Source: an uncultured Planctomycetia bacterium (GTDB lineage Bacteria; Omnitrophota; Gorgyraeia; 2-02-FULL-51-18). Taken from it: a stretch of DNA of 64,000 nt. This document shows, in pieces, positions 28,146-38,232 of this stretch. Every line of letters starts with the position of its first letter. The first letter of the stretch is position 1. The notes under the pieces were generated by a model. The model searched no databases. It saw nothing but the letters and a program-made list of their open reading frames with translations, and was not told where the DNA came from. Where the stretch lies: the NCBI GenBank assembly GCA_964431835.1, contig CAYSKO010000007.1:8997-72996 (forward strand). The letters are read 5' to 3'. A program made the position numbers and the translations under genes.

Positions 28146-29458
28146 AGGGCATCGAACCCAAGAGCATCGAATTGAAGATCAAGGACCGCTCCCTCCGCGT
28201 GGGGATCGTCGGCCTCGGATACGTCGGTCTTCCCCTGGCGGTCGCTTTCGCGAAAGCCGGTTTCGGGACCACCGGCGTCGACGTCGACCCCCGTAAAGTC
28301 CGCTCGCTGACCGGCGGTAAATCGTACGTGTTGGACGTGCCGTCGGCCGACGTGAAGGCCCTCGTTCGCTCCCGGAAGCTCCGCGCGACATCCGATTACG
28401 CAGCGCTCGCCACGGTCGACGCCGTGATCATTTGCGTGCCGACGCCGCTTTCGAAGACGAAGGAACCCGATGTCTCGTATATCGTCGACGCGACCAAACG
28501 TATCGCCCAGCGGCTGAAGAAAGGCCAGCTCATTGTGCTCGAGAGCACGACTTATCCGGGCACCACCGAAGAGGTGATGCTCCCGCTTCTCGAGCGCTCG
28601 GGACTTAAAGTGGAGCGAGACTTCTTCCTCGCGTTCTCGCCCGAGCGCGTCGATCCCGGCAACAAATCGTTCGACACGGTGTCGATCCCGAAGGTCGTCG
28701 GCGGAATCGGGCCCGCTTCGACACGCGCCGTGACGGCCCTCTACGCGTCCGTGATCCGCCGCATCGTTCCGGTGTCCTCGGCGAAGACAGCCGAGATGGT
28801 GAAGCTTCTCGAGAATACGTTCCGAAGCGTCAATATCGGGCTCATCAACGAAGTCGCGCTCATGTGCGACCGTCTCGGCATCGACGTCTGGGAAGTGATC
28901 GAGGCCGCAAAGACGAAGCCCTTTGGTTTCATGCCATTCTATCCCGGGCCGGGTCTCGGGGGGCACTGCCTTCCTATTGATCCTCTGTACCTTTCCTGGA
29001 AATCGCGCCTGCACGGCTTCGAGGCCCGGCTCATCGAGCTGGCCTCCGCGGTGAACGAATCGATGCCTCATTACGTGGTCCAGAAGGTGGCGCAGCTTCT
29101 GAACGACCGCCGCGTGCCGCTCAAGAACGCGTCGGTCCTGGTCCTCGGCGTCGCTTACAAGCGGGACGTCGACGATCTGCGTGAATCGCCGGCGCTCGAA
29201 GTGATCGGCGGTCTCGTGAAGGGTGGGGCGCGCGTTTCTTTCGCGGACCCGCACATCGCATCGCTTTCGATGGCCGGAAAGACGCTGAAGGCAAAGCCCC
29301 TCACCGCGTCGCTTCTCGCCGCTCAGGACTGTTCGGTCGTGATCACCGACCACGCGGGATTCGACTACGACCTCGTCGCAAAAAACGCGAAGCTCGTCCT
29401 CGACACCCGGAACGCGATGCGCCGCCATAAAGGCCGCTCGCACGTGCATTTTCTTTAA
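28142..29458 (+). CDS. UDP-N-acetylhexosamine dehydrogenase (WbpA/WecC family)
   Basis: GLGYVGLP, CVPTP, ESTTYPGTT, SPERVDPG, GGHCLPIDP, DLRESP. Confidence 0.92.
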   Translation: MKGIEPKSIELKIKDRSLRVGIVGLGYVGLPLAVAFAKAGFGTTGVDVDPRKVRSLTGGKSYVLDVPSADVKALVRSRKLRATSDYAALATVDAVIICVPTPLSKTKEPDVSYIVDATKRIAQRLKKGQLIVLESTTYPGTTEEVMLPLLERSGLKVERDFFLAFSPERVDPGNKSFDTVSIPKVVGGIGPASTRAVTALYASVIRRIVPVSSAKTAEMVKLLENTFRSVNIGLINEVALMCDRLGIDVWEVIEAAKTKPFGFMPFYPGPGLGGHCLPIDPLYLSWKSRLHGFEARLIELASAVNESMPHYVVQKVAQLLNDRRVPLKNASVLVLGVAYKRDVDDLRESPALEVIGGLVKGGARVSFADPHIASLSMAGKTLKAKPLTASLLAAQDCSVVITDHAGFDYDLVAKNAKLVLDTRNAMRRHKGRSHVHFL

Positions 29459-29470
29459 TGGATGAAGAAT

Positions 29471-29560
29471 GGAAGGGTGTTTCGTTTATTCGATGCAGCA
29501 GAAACGTGGCATACAAGACAATGTTGTTTCCGCGTAATCGAAGAAACGAAACACCCTTCC
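29471..29560. repeat. Long intergenic inverted repeat
   Basis: GGAAGGGTGTTTCGTTT (29471-29487) pairs perfectly with 29544-29560; one mismatch, then TTCGAT/ATCGAA. Confidence 0.85.
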
Positions 29561-29561
29561 C

Positions 29562-29593
29562 ATTGAGTCATGAATAAATTGAGTCATGAATAA
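29562..29593. repeat. 16-bp perfect tandem duplication
   Basis: ATTGAGTCATGAATAA at 29562-29577 and 29578-29593. Confidence 0.9.
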
Positions 29594-30539
29594 GATGAAA
29601 ACACTCCTTATAACCGGCGGCGCCGGGTTCGTAGGACGGCACGCGATCGACGCGGCCCTTAAAAAAGGGTTCGCCGTCCGCGTGCTCGACAACTTCTCGA
29701 CGAGCCGCCGCGAGGCGCTCGATTCCGTGAAGCAGCGGATTAAGCTCATCGAAGGAGACATCCGCGACCCGAAGATCGCCGCGCGCGCGATGAAGGGCGT
29801 CCATGCCGTCTTTCATCTGGCGGCGATTCGCTCGGTGATGCGCTCGGTCGAGGACCCGTTCCTCGCGCACGAAGTGAACGCCACCGGCACCCTCGTGCTT
29901 CTGGAGGCGGCCCGTGCAGCGGGCGTGAAACACTTCCTTTTCGCTTCCACGAGTGCCGTGTACGGCGACACGCCGGCCCGCCGCCAGAGCGAGGCAGGGC
30001 CGCTCCGCCCGATCTCGCCCTACGGCGCCGCGAAGCTCGCCGCCGAAATGTACGCACGCCACTATTCGCTCGAGAAGGGCCTTCCAACCACCTCGATCCG
30101 CATCTTCAACGTCTACGGTCCACGCCAGAACCCGGAGTCCAAATATTCGCTCGTCGTGCCCGGCCTTCTTTCGAAGATCCTGAAAGGGGAGAGGCCGAAG
30201 ATAGACGGCACCGGAAAACAGTCGCGGGATTTCGTCTACATCGGCGACGTGCTCGAGGCGTTCTTCCGCGCCCTCGGCAACCGGAAATCCCACGGCAAGG
30301 TGTATAATGTGGGCTCTGGCCGGACGCATTCGATCAACGACCTGGCGAGTACCCTGATCCGGCTCGCGGGCTCGCGCCTCAAGCCGGAATACGGACCCCG
30401 CCGCGGGGGAGACCCGGATGTCACCTGCGCCAACGTGCGCGCGATCGGCCGCGAACTGGGCTGGCGGCCGCGAACGGGGCTCGAACGCGGACTCAAGGAA
30501 ACCACCGAATGGGCGATAAGAGAAAAAAGCGCGTTCTGA
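29586..30539 (+). CDS. NAD-dependent sugar epimerase/dehydratase (GalE/WbpP-like)
   Basis: [36 protein letters not shown]; start 29586 or 29595. Confidence 0.9.
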   Translation: MNKMKTLLITGGAGFVGRHAIDAALKKGFAVRVLDNFSTSRREALDSVKQRIKLIEGDIRDPKIAARAMKGVHAVFHLAAIRSVMRSVEDPFLAHEVNATGTLVLLEAARAAGVKHFLFASTSAVYGDTPARRQSEAGPLRPISPYGAAKLAAEMYARHYSLEKGLPTTSIRIFNVYGPRQNPESKYSLVVPGLLSKILKGERPKIDGTGKQSRDFVYIGDVLEAFFRALGNRKSHGKVYNVGSGRTHSINDLASTLIRLAGSRLKPEYGPRRGGDPDVTCANVRAIGRELGWRPRTGLERGLKETTEWAIREKSAF

Positions 30540-31459
30540 TCACGGGCGGGGCCGGCTTCGTCGGCTCCCATCTCTGCGAGCGCTTCCTAGAGCGCGGGCA
30601 CGAGGTGATCGCACTCGACAATTTCATCACGGGAGCGCCCGAAAATGTCCGGCATCTTTCGGGCCGGCGGAATTTCTCTCTCCTTCGCCACGATATTTCG
30701 AAGCCGATCGACGTCGACGGACGGATCGACCTCCTCTTTCACTTCGCCTCCCCCGCGAGCCCTCCCGACTACCTTAAATTTCCGATCCAGACGATGAAGG
30801 TCGGCGCGCTCGGTACGCACAACGCGTTGGGCATCGCGAAGAAAAAGCGCGCGTCATTCGTGCTCGCCTCGACGAGCGAGGTGTACGGAGACCCGCTCGT
30901 GAACCCGCAGCCGGAAACCTACTGGGGGAACGTGAATCCCGTGGGGCCGCGCGGCGTCTACGACGAGGCCAAGCGCTTCGCCGAGGCGATCTCGCTCGCG
31001 TACCTGCGCGAGCACGACGTCGATGTCAAAATCGTCCGGATCTTCAACACCTACGGCGAGCGGATGCGTCCGGAAGACGGCCGTGTCATCCCGAATTTCG
31101 TCACGCAGGCGCTCTTGGGTAAGCCCTTGACCGTCTACGGCAAGGGCAACCAGACGAGGAGTTACTGCTTCGTTTCGGATCTCGTGGACGGCATCGAAAA
31201 GCTCGCGCTTTCGCGCCACCACGGTCCCGTGAACATCGGAAATCCCAACGAGACGTCGGTGCTCGAGCTTGCGAAGCTCATCATCCAACTGACCGGTTCG
31301 AAAAGCCGCATCGTTGAGCGGCCTCTCCCTGTGGACGATCCGAAGGTGCGCTGCCCCGACATCCGGCAGGCGAAAAAGCTTCTTTCCTGGAAACCGAAGG
31401 TCGATCTGGTCACCGGGCTCGGTCGCACGATCCCTTACTTCCGGCGCGCGGTGCTTTGA
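30509..31459 (+). CDS. UDP-glucuronate decarboxylase (UDP-xylose synthase-like)
   Basis: [46 protein letters not shown]. Confidence 0.92.
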   Translation: MGDKRKKRVLITGGAGFVGSHLCERFLERGHEVIALDNFITGAPENVRHLSGRRNFSLLRHDISKPIDVDGRIDLLFHFASPASPPDYLKFPIQTMKVGALGTHNALGIAKKKRASFVLASTSEVYGDPLVNPQPETYWGNVNPVGPRGVYDEAKRFAEAISLAYLREHDVDVKIVRIFNTYGERMRPEDGRVIPNFVTQALLGKPLTVYGKGNQTRSYCFVSDLVDGIEKLALSRHHGPVNIGNPNETSVLELAKLIIQLTGSKSRIVERPLPVDDPKVRCPDIRQAKKLLSWKPKVDLVTGLGRTIPYFRRAVL

Positions 31460-32190
31460 GCGGTTCGCCCCTTTTGTCGGTGGTGGTCCCGGCCTACCAC
31501 GAAGAAAACAAGATCGTCGAAGCCCTGCGCCGCATCGAGGCTTATCTGTCCTTAGGCGCCCGGCCTTGGGAAATCGTCGTCTGCACGGACGGATCGACCG
31601 ACGGCACCGACGCAGCGGTCCAGGCCTTCGCCGAGGCGCTTCCCGAGGGCCGCGTCCGGCTCCTCACTACTGAGGTTAATCGCGGAAAGGGCGCCGCCGT
31701 CCGCCGCGGCGTGATGGCCTCTCACGGCGAGATCGTTCTTTTCACCGACGCCGACCTTTCCGCGCCGATCAAAGAATGCGAAAAGCTGATCGCGGCGCTT
31801 TCTGAAGGTTACGACGTGGCGATCGGCTCCCGCGGGGTCCGTTCGCCCGGCGCGGACGTCAGGCAGAGCCCCCGCCGCCGACTCTCGGGCCGGGTATTCA
31901 ACGGTCTCGTCCGGAGCATCACCGGCCTCAAGTTCAGCGACACGCAGTGCGGTTTTAAGGCGTTCAAGCGCGAGGCCGCGCGCGAGCTCTTCGGCGAGCA
32001 GAAGATCGATGGGTTCGCGTTTGACGTTGAAATCCTTTGCCTGGCCCGGACGAAGGGTTTACGCGTGAAGGAAGTGCCGGTCATGTGGAGCGAGGGCCTG
32101 GACTCCAAAATCCGCCTCGGCGCGGATTCCTGCGCAATGGCCCGCGAACTCTTCCGTATCCGACGGCTCCACCCCGAGGGGGCACGCTAA
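31456..32190 (+). CDS. Polyprenol-phosphate glycosyltransferase, GT2 (Alg5-like)
   Basis: [36 protein letters not shown]. Confidence 0.88.
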   Translation: MSGSPLLSVVVPAYHEENKIVEALRRIEAYLSLGARPWEIVVCTDGSTDGTDAAVQAFAEALPEGRVRLLTTEVNRGKGAAVRRGVMASHGEIVLFTDADLSAPIKECEKLIAALSEGYDVAIGSRGVRSPGADVRQSPRRRLSGRVFNGLVRSITGLKFSDTQCGFKAFKREAARELFGEQKIDGFAFDVEILCLARTKGLRVKEVPVMWSEGLDSKIRLGADSCAMARELFRIRRLHPEGAR

Positions 32191-32288
32191 AAAAACGTGC
32201 GCTTCTGCCGAAAGCCCTCGACAACGCGCGCGTCGGCGCGATAAAATCTAAGGGTAGGCTTTTTTACAAACCACAAGGAGATGTCTCA

Positions 32289-32585
32289 ATGAAGAAGATT
32301 CTCGTTTGGACCGCGATCGGCCTGTTTGCGGCCGCCTCGAATGCCGCCGCTGGCGACGCCTGCTGCGGAACGTCCTCGCCCGAAGAAATGAAGCAGTCCG
32401 CCCAGACGGTGGACGACGCCGCCAAAGCGCTTGAAGGCACCAACCCCGAGCTCGCAGCCAAACTCAAAAAGATCGCCGCGCACAAGCGTGAGCACGGTGA
32501 AGGCAAGGCGGAGCACGGTGAAGGCAAGGCGGCGCACGGGCACGGGCAAGAGCATCCCGCCGGCGGCTCGGAGCACCCGGCTTAA
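32289..32585 (+). CDS. Small secreted His-rich protein
   Basis: SD AAGGAG, signal peptide, CC pair, EHG/EHP repeats; upstream TCGACA-18-TAAAAT and a downstream terminator. Confidence 0.75.
   Translation: MKKILVWTAIGLFAAASNAAAGDACCGTSSPEEMKQSAQTVDDAAKALEGTNPELAAKLKKIAAHKREHGEGKAEHGEGKAAHGHGQEHPAGGSEHPA
32490..32531 (+). repeat. 21-bp in-frame tandem repeat encoding EHGEGKA twice
   Basis: GAGCACGGTGAAGGCAAGGCG at 32490-32510 and 32511-32531. Confidence 0.9.
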
Positions 32586-32612
32586 ACCAAGAAAAAAAGT
32601 CGGTCAGTTGAA

Positions 32613-32658
32613 CGGAGCGGGAGGCCGGTAGGCCGTCCCGCTCCGGTTTCGTTTTTTT
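32613..32658 (+). terminator. Intrinsic terminator
   Basis: CGGAGCGGGA-GGCC / GGCC-G-TCCCGCTCCG stem followed by GTTTCGTTTTTTT. Confidence 0.75.
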
Positions 32659-32679
32659 CGCGAGAACGGGTTCCTTATA

Positions 32680-34890
32680 ATGACAGATTTCCACGCATTG
32701 ATTACCTCGGGGCTTTTCCTCCCGATTCTCTTCGCCGCGGGCACCGCCCGTGCCGGTGAAGCGCATCGTCATACTAACCGCCTGGCTTCCGAAAAGAGCC
32801 CCTACCTCCTACAGCACGCCCACAATCCGGTCGACTGGTATCCTTGGGGCGACGAAGCTTTCGAGAAGGCCCGTCGCGAAGACAAGCCGGTGTTCCTTTC
32901 GATCGGGTACTCGACTTGCCACTGGTGCCACGTGATGGAGGAGGAATCCTTCGAGGACGAAACCACCGCCGCGCTTCTCAATGACCGCTTCGTCTCGATC
33001 AAAGTGGACCGTGAGGAACGCCCCGACATCGACGGCGTCTACATGAACTACGTGATGGCCACGACGGGAAGCGGCGGCTGGCCGATGAGCGTGTTCTTGA
33101 CTCCCGACCGGAAACCCTTTTACGGCGGTACGTATTTCCCGCCGGAAGACCGCTACGGCATGCCTGGCTTCAAGAGCCTTCTGAAAGAACTCGCCGACGC
33201 CTGGAAGACGCGTCGCTCTGAGATCGTCGAATCCGCTGATTCTGCCGCCGCTTTCTTGGGTGCTCGCCGTCAAAAGGGTGAAGCGAAGGTGCTCGGAGAG
33301 GAGACGCTCGCGGCCGGTTATACCCGGTTCGAGCGCATCTTCGACGACGCACATGGCGGCTTCGGCCGCGCCCCGAAGTTTCCGCGTAGCCACGTTCTTT
33401 CGTTCATTCTCCGCCAGGGCCGCCGCTCGGGCGAGCCGCGTGCTCTCGAGATCGTAGAAAAGACGCTGAAAGGCATGGCCGGCGGCGGTATGTACGACCG
33501 CCTGGGCGGGGGCTTCCACCGCTATTCGGTGGACGGACAGTGGCGCATCCCGCATTTCGAGAAGATGCTTTACGACCAGGCGCTTCTGGTGGCGACCTAC
33601 GTCGAAGCGTATCAGGCGACGGGGGACGCTTTCTACGCCCGGATCGCCCGCGAGACGCTCGATTACGTCCTCCGCGAGATGACGTCCCCCGAGGGCGGCT
33701 TCTACTCGGCGCAGGATGCCGACAGCGAGGACCCTCATGTCGCCGGAAAGAAGCGCGAAGGCGCTTTCTTCGTCTGGAAGAAGGAAGAGATCGAAAAAAT
33801 TCTTGGTGCCGAAAACGCGAAACTCGCGGTATTTCGCTACGGGGTCGAGCCGGCTGGCAACGCGCTTTCCGATCCGCACAACGAATTCAAGGAACAGAAC
33901 GTTCTCTACGACGCGCGCACGCTTGAGGCGACCGCCTCCGAATTCGGCCTGAAAGCGGAAGAGGCGGTCCGGCGGTTCGAGGGGATCGACCGCGCGCTCT
34001 TCGATGCGCGGAAGAAACGCCCGGCGCCCTATTTGGACGACAAAGTTCTCGCCGACTGGAACGGCCTCATGATCGCCGCTTTCGCGCGCGCGGGCCGTGC
34101 TCTGGACGAGCCGCGTTACGTGGAGGCCGCCGCGCGGGCCGCCTCATTCGCGAAAACGGGCCTCACGCGACCGGACGGAACGCTCTACCACCGCTGGCGC
34201 GGCGGGGAAGCGGGAATCCCGGGAAATTTGAACGACTACGCGTCGCAGATCGAAGGGCGCCTCGCTCTCTACGAAGCGACGTTCGACGAGGCGCACCTGA
34301 CCGAAGCGCTCCGGTTGGCCGATATCCTCGTCCGGCTTTTTCACGACGAGGAGGACGGCGGTTTTTACCTGACCGCCGCGGACGCCGGTGCTCCGATCGC
34401 GCGTTTGAAGGAATCGCACGACGGCGCCGTGCCGTCCGGCAACTCGGTGGCCGCGCTCGCGTTCGTTCGGCTCGAACGCATCACGGCCGACCGCAAGTGG
34501 CGCGACCTTTCCGACCGCACGCTCGAGGCGCTTTCCGCCGACGTCGCCGCTGAACCCACGTCTCTACCTTACCTTCTCATGGCGCTCGACTACGCGATTG
34601 GCCCGTCCGCCGAAGTTGTGCTCGCCGGCCGTGCCGACGACCCGGCGCTCGCGGCGTTCACGAAGGCGGTGTTTGGCGCATTCGCGCCGAACAAGGTCGT
34701 CCTCTTCCACAAGGAAGGGCAGGGCGCCGCGCTCGAGAAGATCGCCCCGTACGTGAAGGATCAGACCGCACTGGAAGGCCGGATGACCGCCTACGTCTGT
34801 CGCGACCACGTCTGCGGGTTGCCTACCGCGGACCCGGCCGCCGCCGCGAAAGCTTTGGAACCGACGAAACCGCAAGTCACGAAAGCCTAA
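32680..34890 (+). CDS. YyaL/SPATA20-like protein (DUF255 thioredoxin plus six-hairpin glycosidase-like domain)
   Basis: [50 protein letters not shown]. Confidence 0.92.
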   Translation: MTDFHALITSGLFLPILFAAGTARAGEAHRHTNRLASEKSPYLLQHAHNPVDWYPWGDEAFEKARREDKPVFLSIGYSTCHWCHVMEEESFEDETTAALLNDRFVSIKVDREERPDIDGVYMNYVMATTGSGGWPMSVFLTPDRKPFYGGTYFPPEDRYGMPGFKSLLKELADAWKTRRSEIVESADSAAAFLGARRQKGEAKVLGEETLAAGYTRFERIFDDAHGGFGRAPKFPRSHVLSFILRQGRRSGEPRALEIVEKTLKGMAGGGMYDRLGGGFHRYSVDGQWRIPHFEKMLYDQALLVATYVEAYQATGDAFYARIARETLDYVLREMTSPEGGFYSAQDADSEDPHVAGKKREGAFFVWKKEEIEKILGAENAKLAVFRYGVEPAGNALSDPHNEFKEQNVLYDARTLEATASEFGLKAEEAVRRFEGIDRALFDARKKRPAPYLDDKVLADWNGLMIAAFARAGRALDEPRYVEAAARAASFAKTGLTRPDGTLYHRWRGGEAGIPGNLNDYASQIEGRLALYEATFDEAHLTEALRLADILVRLFHDEEDGGFYLTAADAGAPIARLKESHDGAVPSGNSVAALAFVRLERITADRKWRDLSDRTLEALSADVAAEPTSLPYLLMALDYAIGPSAEVVLAGRADDPALAAFTKAVFGAFAPNKVVLFHKEGQGAALEKIAPYVKDQTALEGRMTAYVCRDHVCGLPTADPAAAAKALEPTKPQVTKA

Positions 34891-34904
34891 AAAAGGAAAA
34901 AGGC

Positions 34905-36026
34905 ATGACGCCCACGCCGCAAACCGTCGTCGAGAACCCCGTGAAACAGATCCTGCGTCACGGGCAGAGCATCTGGTACGACGGGCTGATCGAGATCAAA
35001 CATTTCGAGACGATGATCCGCGAGGACGGGATCCGCGGCGCGACCACGAACCCCGCGATCTTCGAGAAGGCGCTCTCGCACCACGAATACGACGCCGAGA
35101 TCGCGCGCCTGGCGCAGACCGAGACGCCGGAGGAGATCTGGAAGACGCTCTCCGTGCGTGCGGTCCAGCAGGTGTCCGACGCGTTCGCGGGCGTGTTCCG
35201 CGATTCGCGCGGCGAGGACGGATACGTGTCGATCGAGGTGAGCCCACTTCTGGCGCGCGACACCGCGGGCACGATCGAGGAAGGACGCTTTCTTTGGAAG
35301 GCCGTCTCGCGGCCGAACGCGATGATCAAGGTGCCGGCCACGAAGGAAGGCCTGCCCGCGATCAAGGCGCTCACGGCCGACGGAATCAACGTGAACGTGA
35401 CGCTCATTTTCTCGCTGACGCGCTACCGCGAGGTGATGGACGCCTATCTTTCGGGGCTCGAAGAACGCCTGAAGGCCGGTAAGCCGCTGACGGGCATCGC
35501 GTCAGTGGCGAGCTTCTTCGTGTCGCGCGTCGACACGGCGGTGGACAAGGAAATCGACACGCGTCTGGCGTCCGCTTCCGAGGCCGAGAAGCACGTGCTG
35601 CGGTCTTTGATCGGCAGGATTGGGATCGACAATTCGAAGGCGGCCTACCGGGAATTTGAAACCGTCTTCTCGGGGGAGCGTTTCCGCAAACTGGAGTCCG
35701 CCGGCGCGCAGGCGCAGCGTCCTCTGTGGGCGAGCACCGGTACGAAGAACCCCGCGTACTCCGACACGCTTTACGTCGAGGCCCTGATGGGTCCGCGCAC
35801 GGTCAACACCGTGCCGCCGCCCACGCTCGACGCGTTCCGCGACCACGGAAAGGCGGGCTCGCGGCTCAAAGAAGGAACCGACGAGGCACTCGCGCGGATG
35901 ACCGCGCTCGGCGCCGCCGGAATCGATTTGGACCGCATCACCGACGCCTTGGAAAAGGCCGGCGTCGAATCGTTCGCGGATTCTTACAGGAAGATCATCC
36001 AGAGCATAGGAGCTAAAAAATCATGA
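34905..36026 (+). CDS. tal: Transaldolase
   Basis: GATTNPAIF, VSIEVSP, MIKVPAT, NVTLIFS, SFFVSRVD, LWASTGTKNP. Confidence 0.95.
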   Translation: MTPTPQTVVENPVKQILRHGQSIWYDGLIEIKHFETMIREDGIRGATTNPAIFEKALSHHEYDAEIARLAQTETPEEIWKTLSVRAVQQVSDAFAGVFRDSRGEDGYVSIEVSPLLARDTAGTIEEGRFLWKAVSRPNAMIKVPATKEGLPAIKALTADGINVNVTLIFSLTRYREVMDAYLSGLEERLKAGKPLTGIASVASFFVSRVDTAVDKEIDTRLASASEAEKHVLRSLIGRIGIDNSKAAYREFETVFSGERFRKLESAGAQAQRPLWASTGTKNPAYSDTLYVEALMGPRTVNTVPPPTLDAFRDHGKAGSRLKEGTDEALARMTALGAAGIDLDRITDALEKAGVESFADSYRKIIQSIGAKKS

Positions 36027-37696
36027 ACCGATCCGAATTCGCCGCGAAAGCGGCCTGGGGTACCTACGGCGAGGCGATCGCCGAATGGACCGGCAAACTC
36101 GACCGCCAGTCTGTCGTGAAACGCATCTGGGACAAAGACGCTACACTTTGGAAGAAGGAAGCGGCCGCGCAAGCCGAGATCAAGAACCGCCTGGGCTGGC
36201 TCGCGGCCGTCGCCGGTTCGAAGAAGTCCGCGCGCGAGTGGACGTCGTTCGCCGACGAGGTCAAAGCCTCCGGCGTCGAGCACGTGGTTTTGCTGGGCAT
36301 GGGCGGCTCGAGCCTCGCGCCCGAGGTCTTTCAGCGCACGTTCGGCAACGCCGCGGGATTCCCGGCGCTGACCGTGCTCGACTCGACCGACCCGGCGCGC
36401 GTCGCCGACGTCGAAAAGGCCATCGATCTCGAAAAGACGCTCTTCGTGGTTTCGTCGAAATCGGGCGGCACGATCGAGCTTCTTTCGTTCTTCAAGTATT
36501 TCCACGCCAAGGTGAAGTCGGGGGACCGCTTCATCGCGATCACCGATCCGGGCACGCCGCTCGTCGAGCTCGCGAAGCAGCACAACTTCCGCCGGGTGTT
36601 TTTGGCGCCCGAGGACGTGGGCGGCCGTTTCTCGGCGCTCACGTGCTTCGGTCTCGTTCCGGCGGCGCTCATCGGCGTCGATCTCGGCAAAGTGCTCGAA
36701 GGCGCGGAGCGGATGGTTTCGGCGTGCTCGCCCGAGAGCGCCGCGGAATCGAATCCCGCGGCGGCGCTCGGCGTGGGCATGGCGGTGCTCGCCGAAAGCG
36801 GACTCGACAAACTCACGATCCTCGCGCCCCAAGCCCTCGAATCGTTCGGCGATTGGGCCGAACAGCTCGTCGGCGAATCGACCGGCAAGGAAGGTTCGGG
36901 CGTTGTCCCGATCGTCGCCGAGCCTGTGGCCGAGGTTGCAAAGTACGGAGAAGACCGCTTCTTCGTCGCGCTGCGCCTCGCGTCCGAACCGGACGAAGCG
37001 TTCGATAAGCGCGTCGCGGCCCTCGAGAAGGCTGGTCGCCCGGTGCTCTCGCTCACGCTCGCGGACCGTTCCGATATTGGCGCGGAGTTTTTCCGCTGGG
37101 AGTTCGCGACCGCGCTCGCGTGCGCGCTTCTCAAGATCAACCCGTTCGACCAGCCGGACGTGCAGTCCACGAAGGACCGCACGAAGGCTCTTTTAAGGAA
37201 GCTCGAGGATGGCGGAGAGATCCCGCTCCGCGAATCCTCGGTGCCGCTCGACGCGTTCTGGGAGAACGCCGAGCCGGGCGATTACGCGGCAATCCTCGCG
37301 TTCGTGCCCGACCGCGAACCGCTCCGGAAGAAGCTCGTCGCCCTCCAAAAGGAGATCCGCGACCGGACGAAGCTTGCGGTGACGCTGGGCTTCGGCCCGC
37401 GCTACCTCCACTCGACCGGCCAGCTCCACAAGGGCGGCCCCAAGACGGGAGTGTTCTTCCTTATCACCGCGGCGCCGTCGGAAGATATCCCGGTGCCCGG
37501 CGAGAAGTACACGTTCGGGCAGCTCGAACTCGCGCAAGCGATGGGCGACTTCGAGGCGCTCGAGACGAAGGGCCGGTGGCTCTTCCACGTGCGGCTCGAT
37601 TCCCCGACCGAAGAGGCGCTCGGAAAGCTCCATAAAGACGTCACGGCCGCGCTGAAAGCGGGCGCCGCTCACGAGAAGGAGCTGTCCAACTACTGA
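36023..37696 (+). CDS. pgi: Glucose-6-phosphate isomerase (type found in Tal-Pgi fusions)
   Basis: GMGGSSL, SSKSGGT, VGGRFSAL, EQLVGESTGK, NPFDQPDV, GPRYLHSTGQLHKGGP. Confidence 0.9.
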   Translation: MNRSEFAAKAAWGTYGEAIAEWTGKLDRQSVVKRIWDKDATLWKKEAAAQAEIKNRLGWLAAVAGSKKSAREWTSFADEVKASGVEHVVLLGMGGSSLAPEVFQRTFGNAAGFPALTVLDSTDPARVADVEKAIDLEKTLFVVSSKSGGTIELLSFFKYFHAKVKSGDRFIAITDPGTPLVELAKQHNFRRVFLAPEDVGGRFSALTCFGLVPAALIGVDLGKVLEGAERMVSACSPESAAESNPAAALGVGMAVLAESGLDKLTILAPQALESFGDWAEQLVGESTGKEGSGVVPIVAEPVAEVAKYGEDRFFVALRLASEPDEAFDKRVAALEKAGRPVLSLTLADRSDIGAEFFRWEFATALACALLKINPFDQPDVQSTKDRTKALLRKLEDGGEIPLRESSVPLDAFWENAEPGDYAAILAFVPDREPLRKKLVALQKEIRDRTKLAVTLGFGPRYLHSTGQLHKGGPKTGVFFLITAAPSEDIPVPGEKYTFGQLELAQAMGDFEALETKGRWLFHVRLDSPTEEALGKLHKDVTAALKAGAAHEKELSNY

Positions 37697-38232
37697 TGAA
37701 ATTCGCGGAGACGGCGATACCGGGCGTGTTCGTGGTCGAACCGTCGGTTTTCTGGGACCAGCGCGGCTTCTTCTACGAGTGGTACAGGAAGGATCTCTTC
37801 GCGGCTCAGGGGATCGGGACGGAGTTCGTGCAGGACAATCACAGCTGCTCCTCGCGGGCGACGCTGCGAGGCCTTCATTTCCAGGCCGCGCCGTTTGCGC
37901 AGGCGAAGCTCGTGCGTGTCACGCGCGGCGAGGCGTTCGACGTCGTCGTCGACGTCCGTAAGGACTCGCCGACCTTCGGCAAGCACGTGACCGAAACCCT
38001 CAATCCGGAGAACAAGAAAATGCTCTACGTACCCGCCGGTTTCGCGCACGGATTCCTCGCGCTCAAAGAGGACACCGAGTTCGAGTACAAGGTGTCGGCG
38101 CCCTATTCGCCCACGCACGAGCGGGGGATCGCCTGGAACGACGCGTCGCTCGGTATCCGCTGGCCCCAGCTCGACGAACCGTACCGCGTTTCCGCCAAAG
38201 ATTCCCAGAACGCGGCATTGTCTTCGCTATGA
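37696..38232 (+). CDS. rmlC: dTDP-4-dehydrorhamnose 3,5-epimerase
   Basis: DQRGFF, FVQDNHS, LRGLHFQ, VPAGFAHGF. Confidence 0.95.
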   Translation: MKFAETAIPGVFVVEPSVFWDQRGFFYEWYRKDLFAAQGIGTEFVQDNHSCSSRATLRGLHFQAAPFAQAKLVRVTRGEAFDVVVDVRKDSPTFGKHVTETLNPENKKMLYVPAGFAHGFLALKEDTEFEYKVSAPYSPTHERGIAWNDASLGIRWPQLDEPYRVSAKDSQNAALSSL

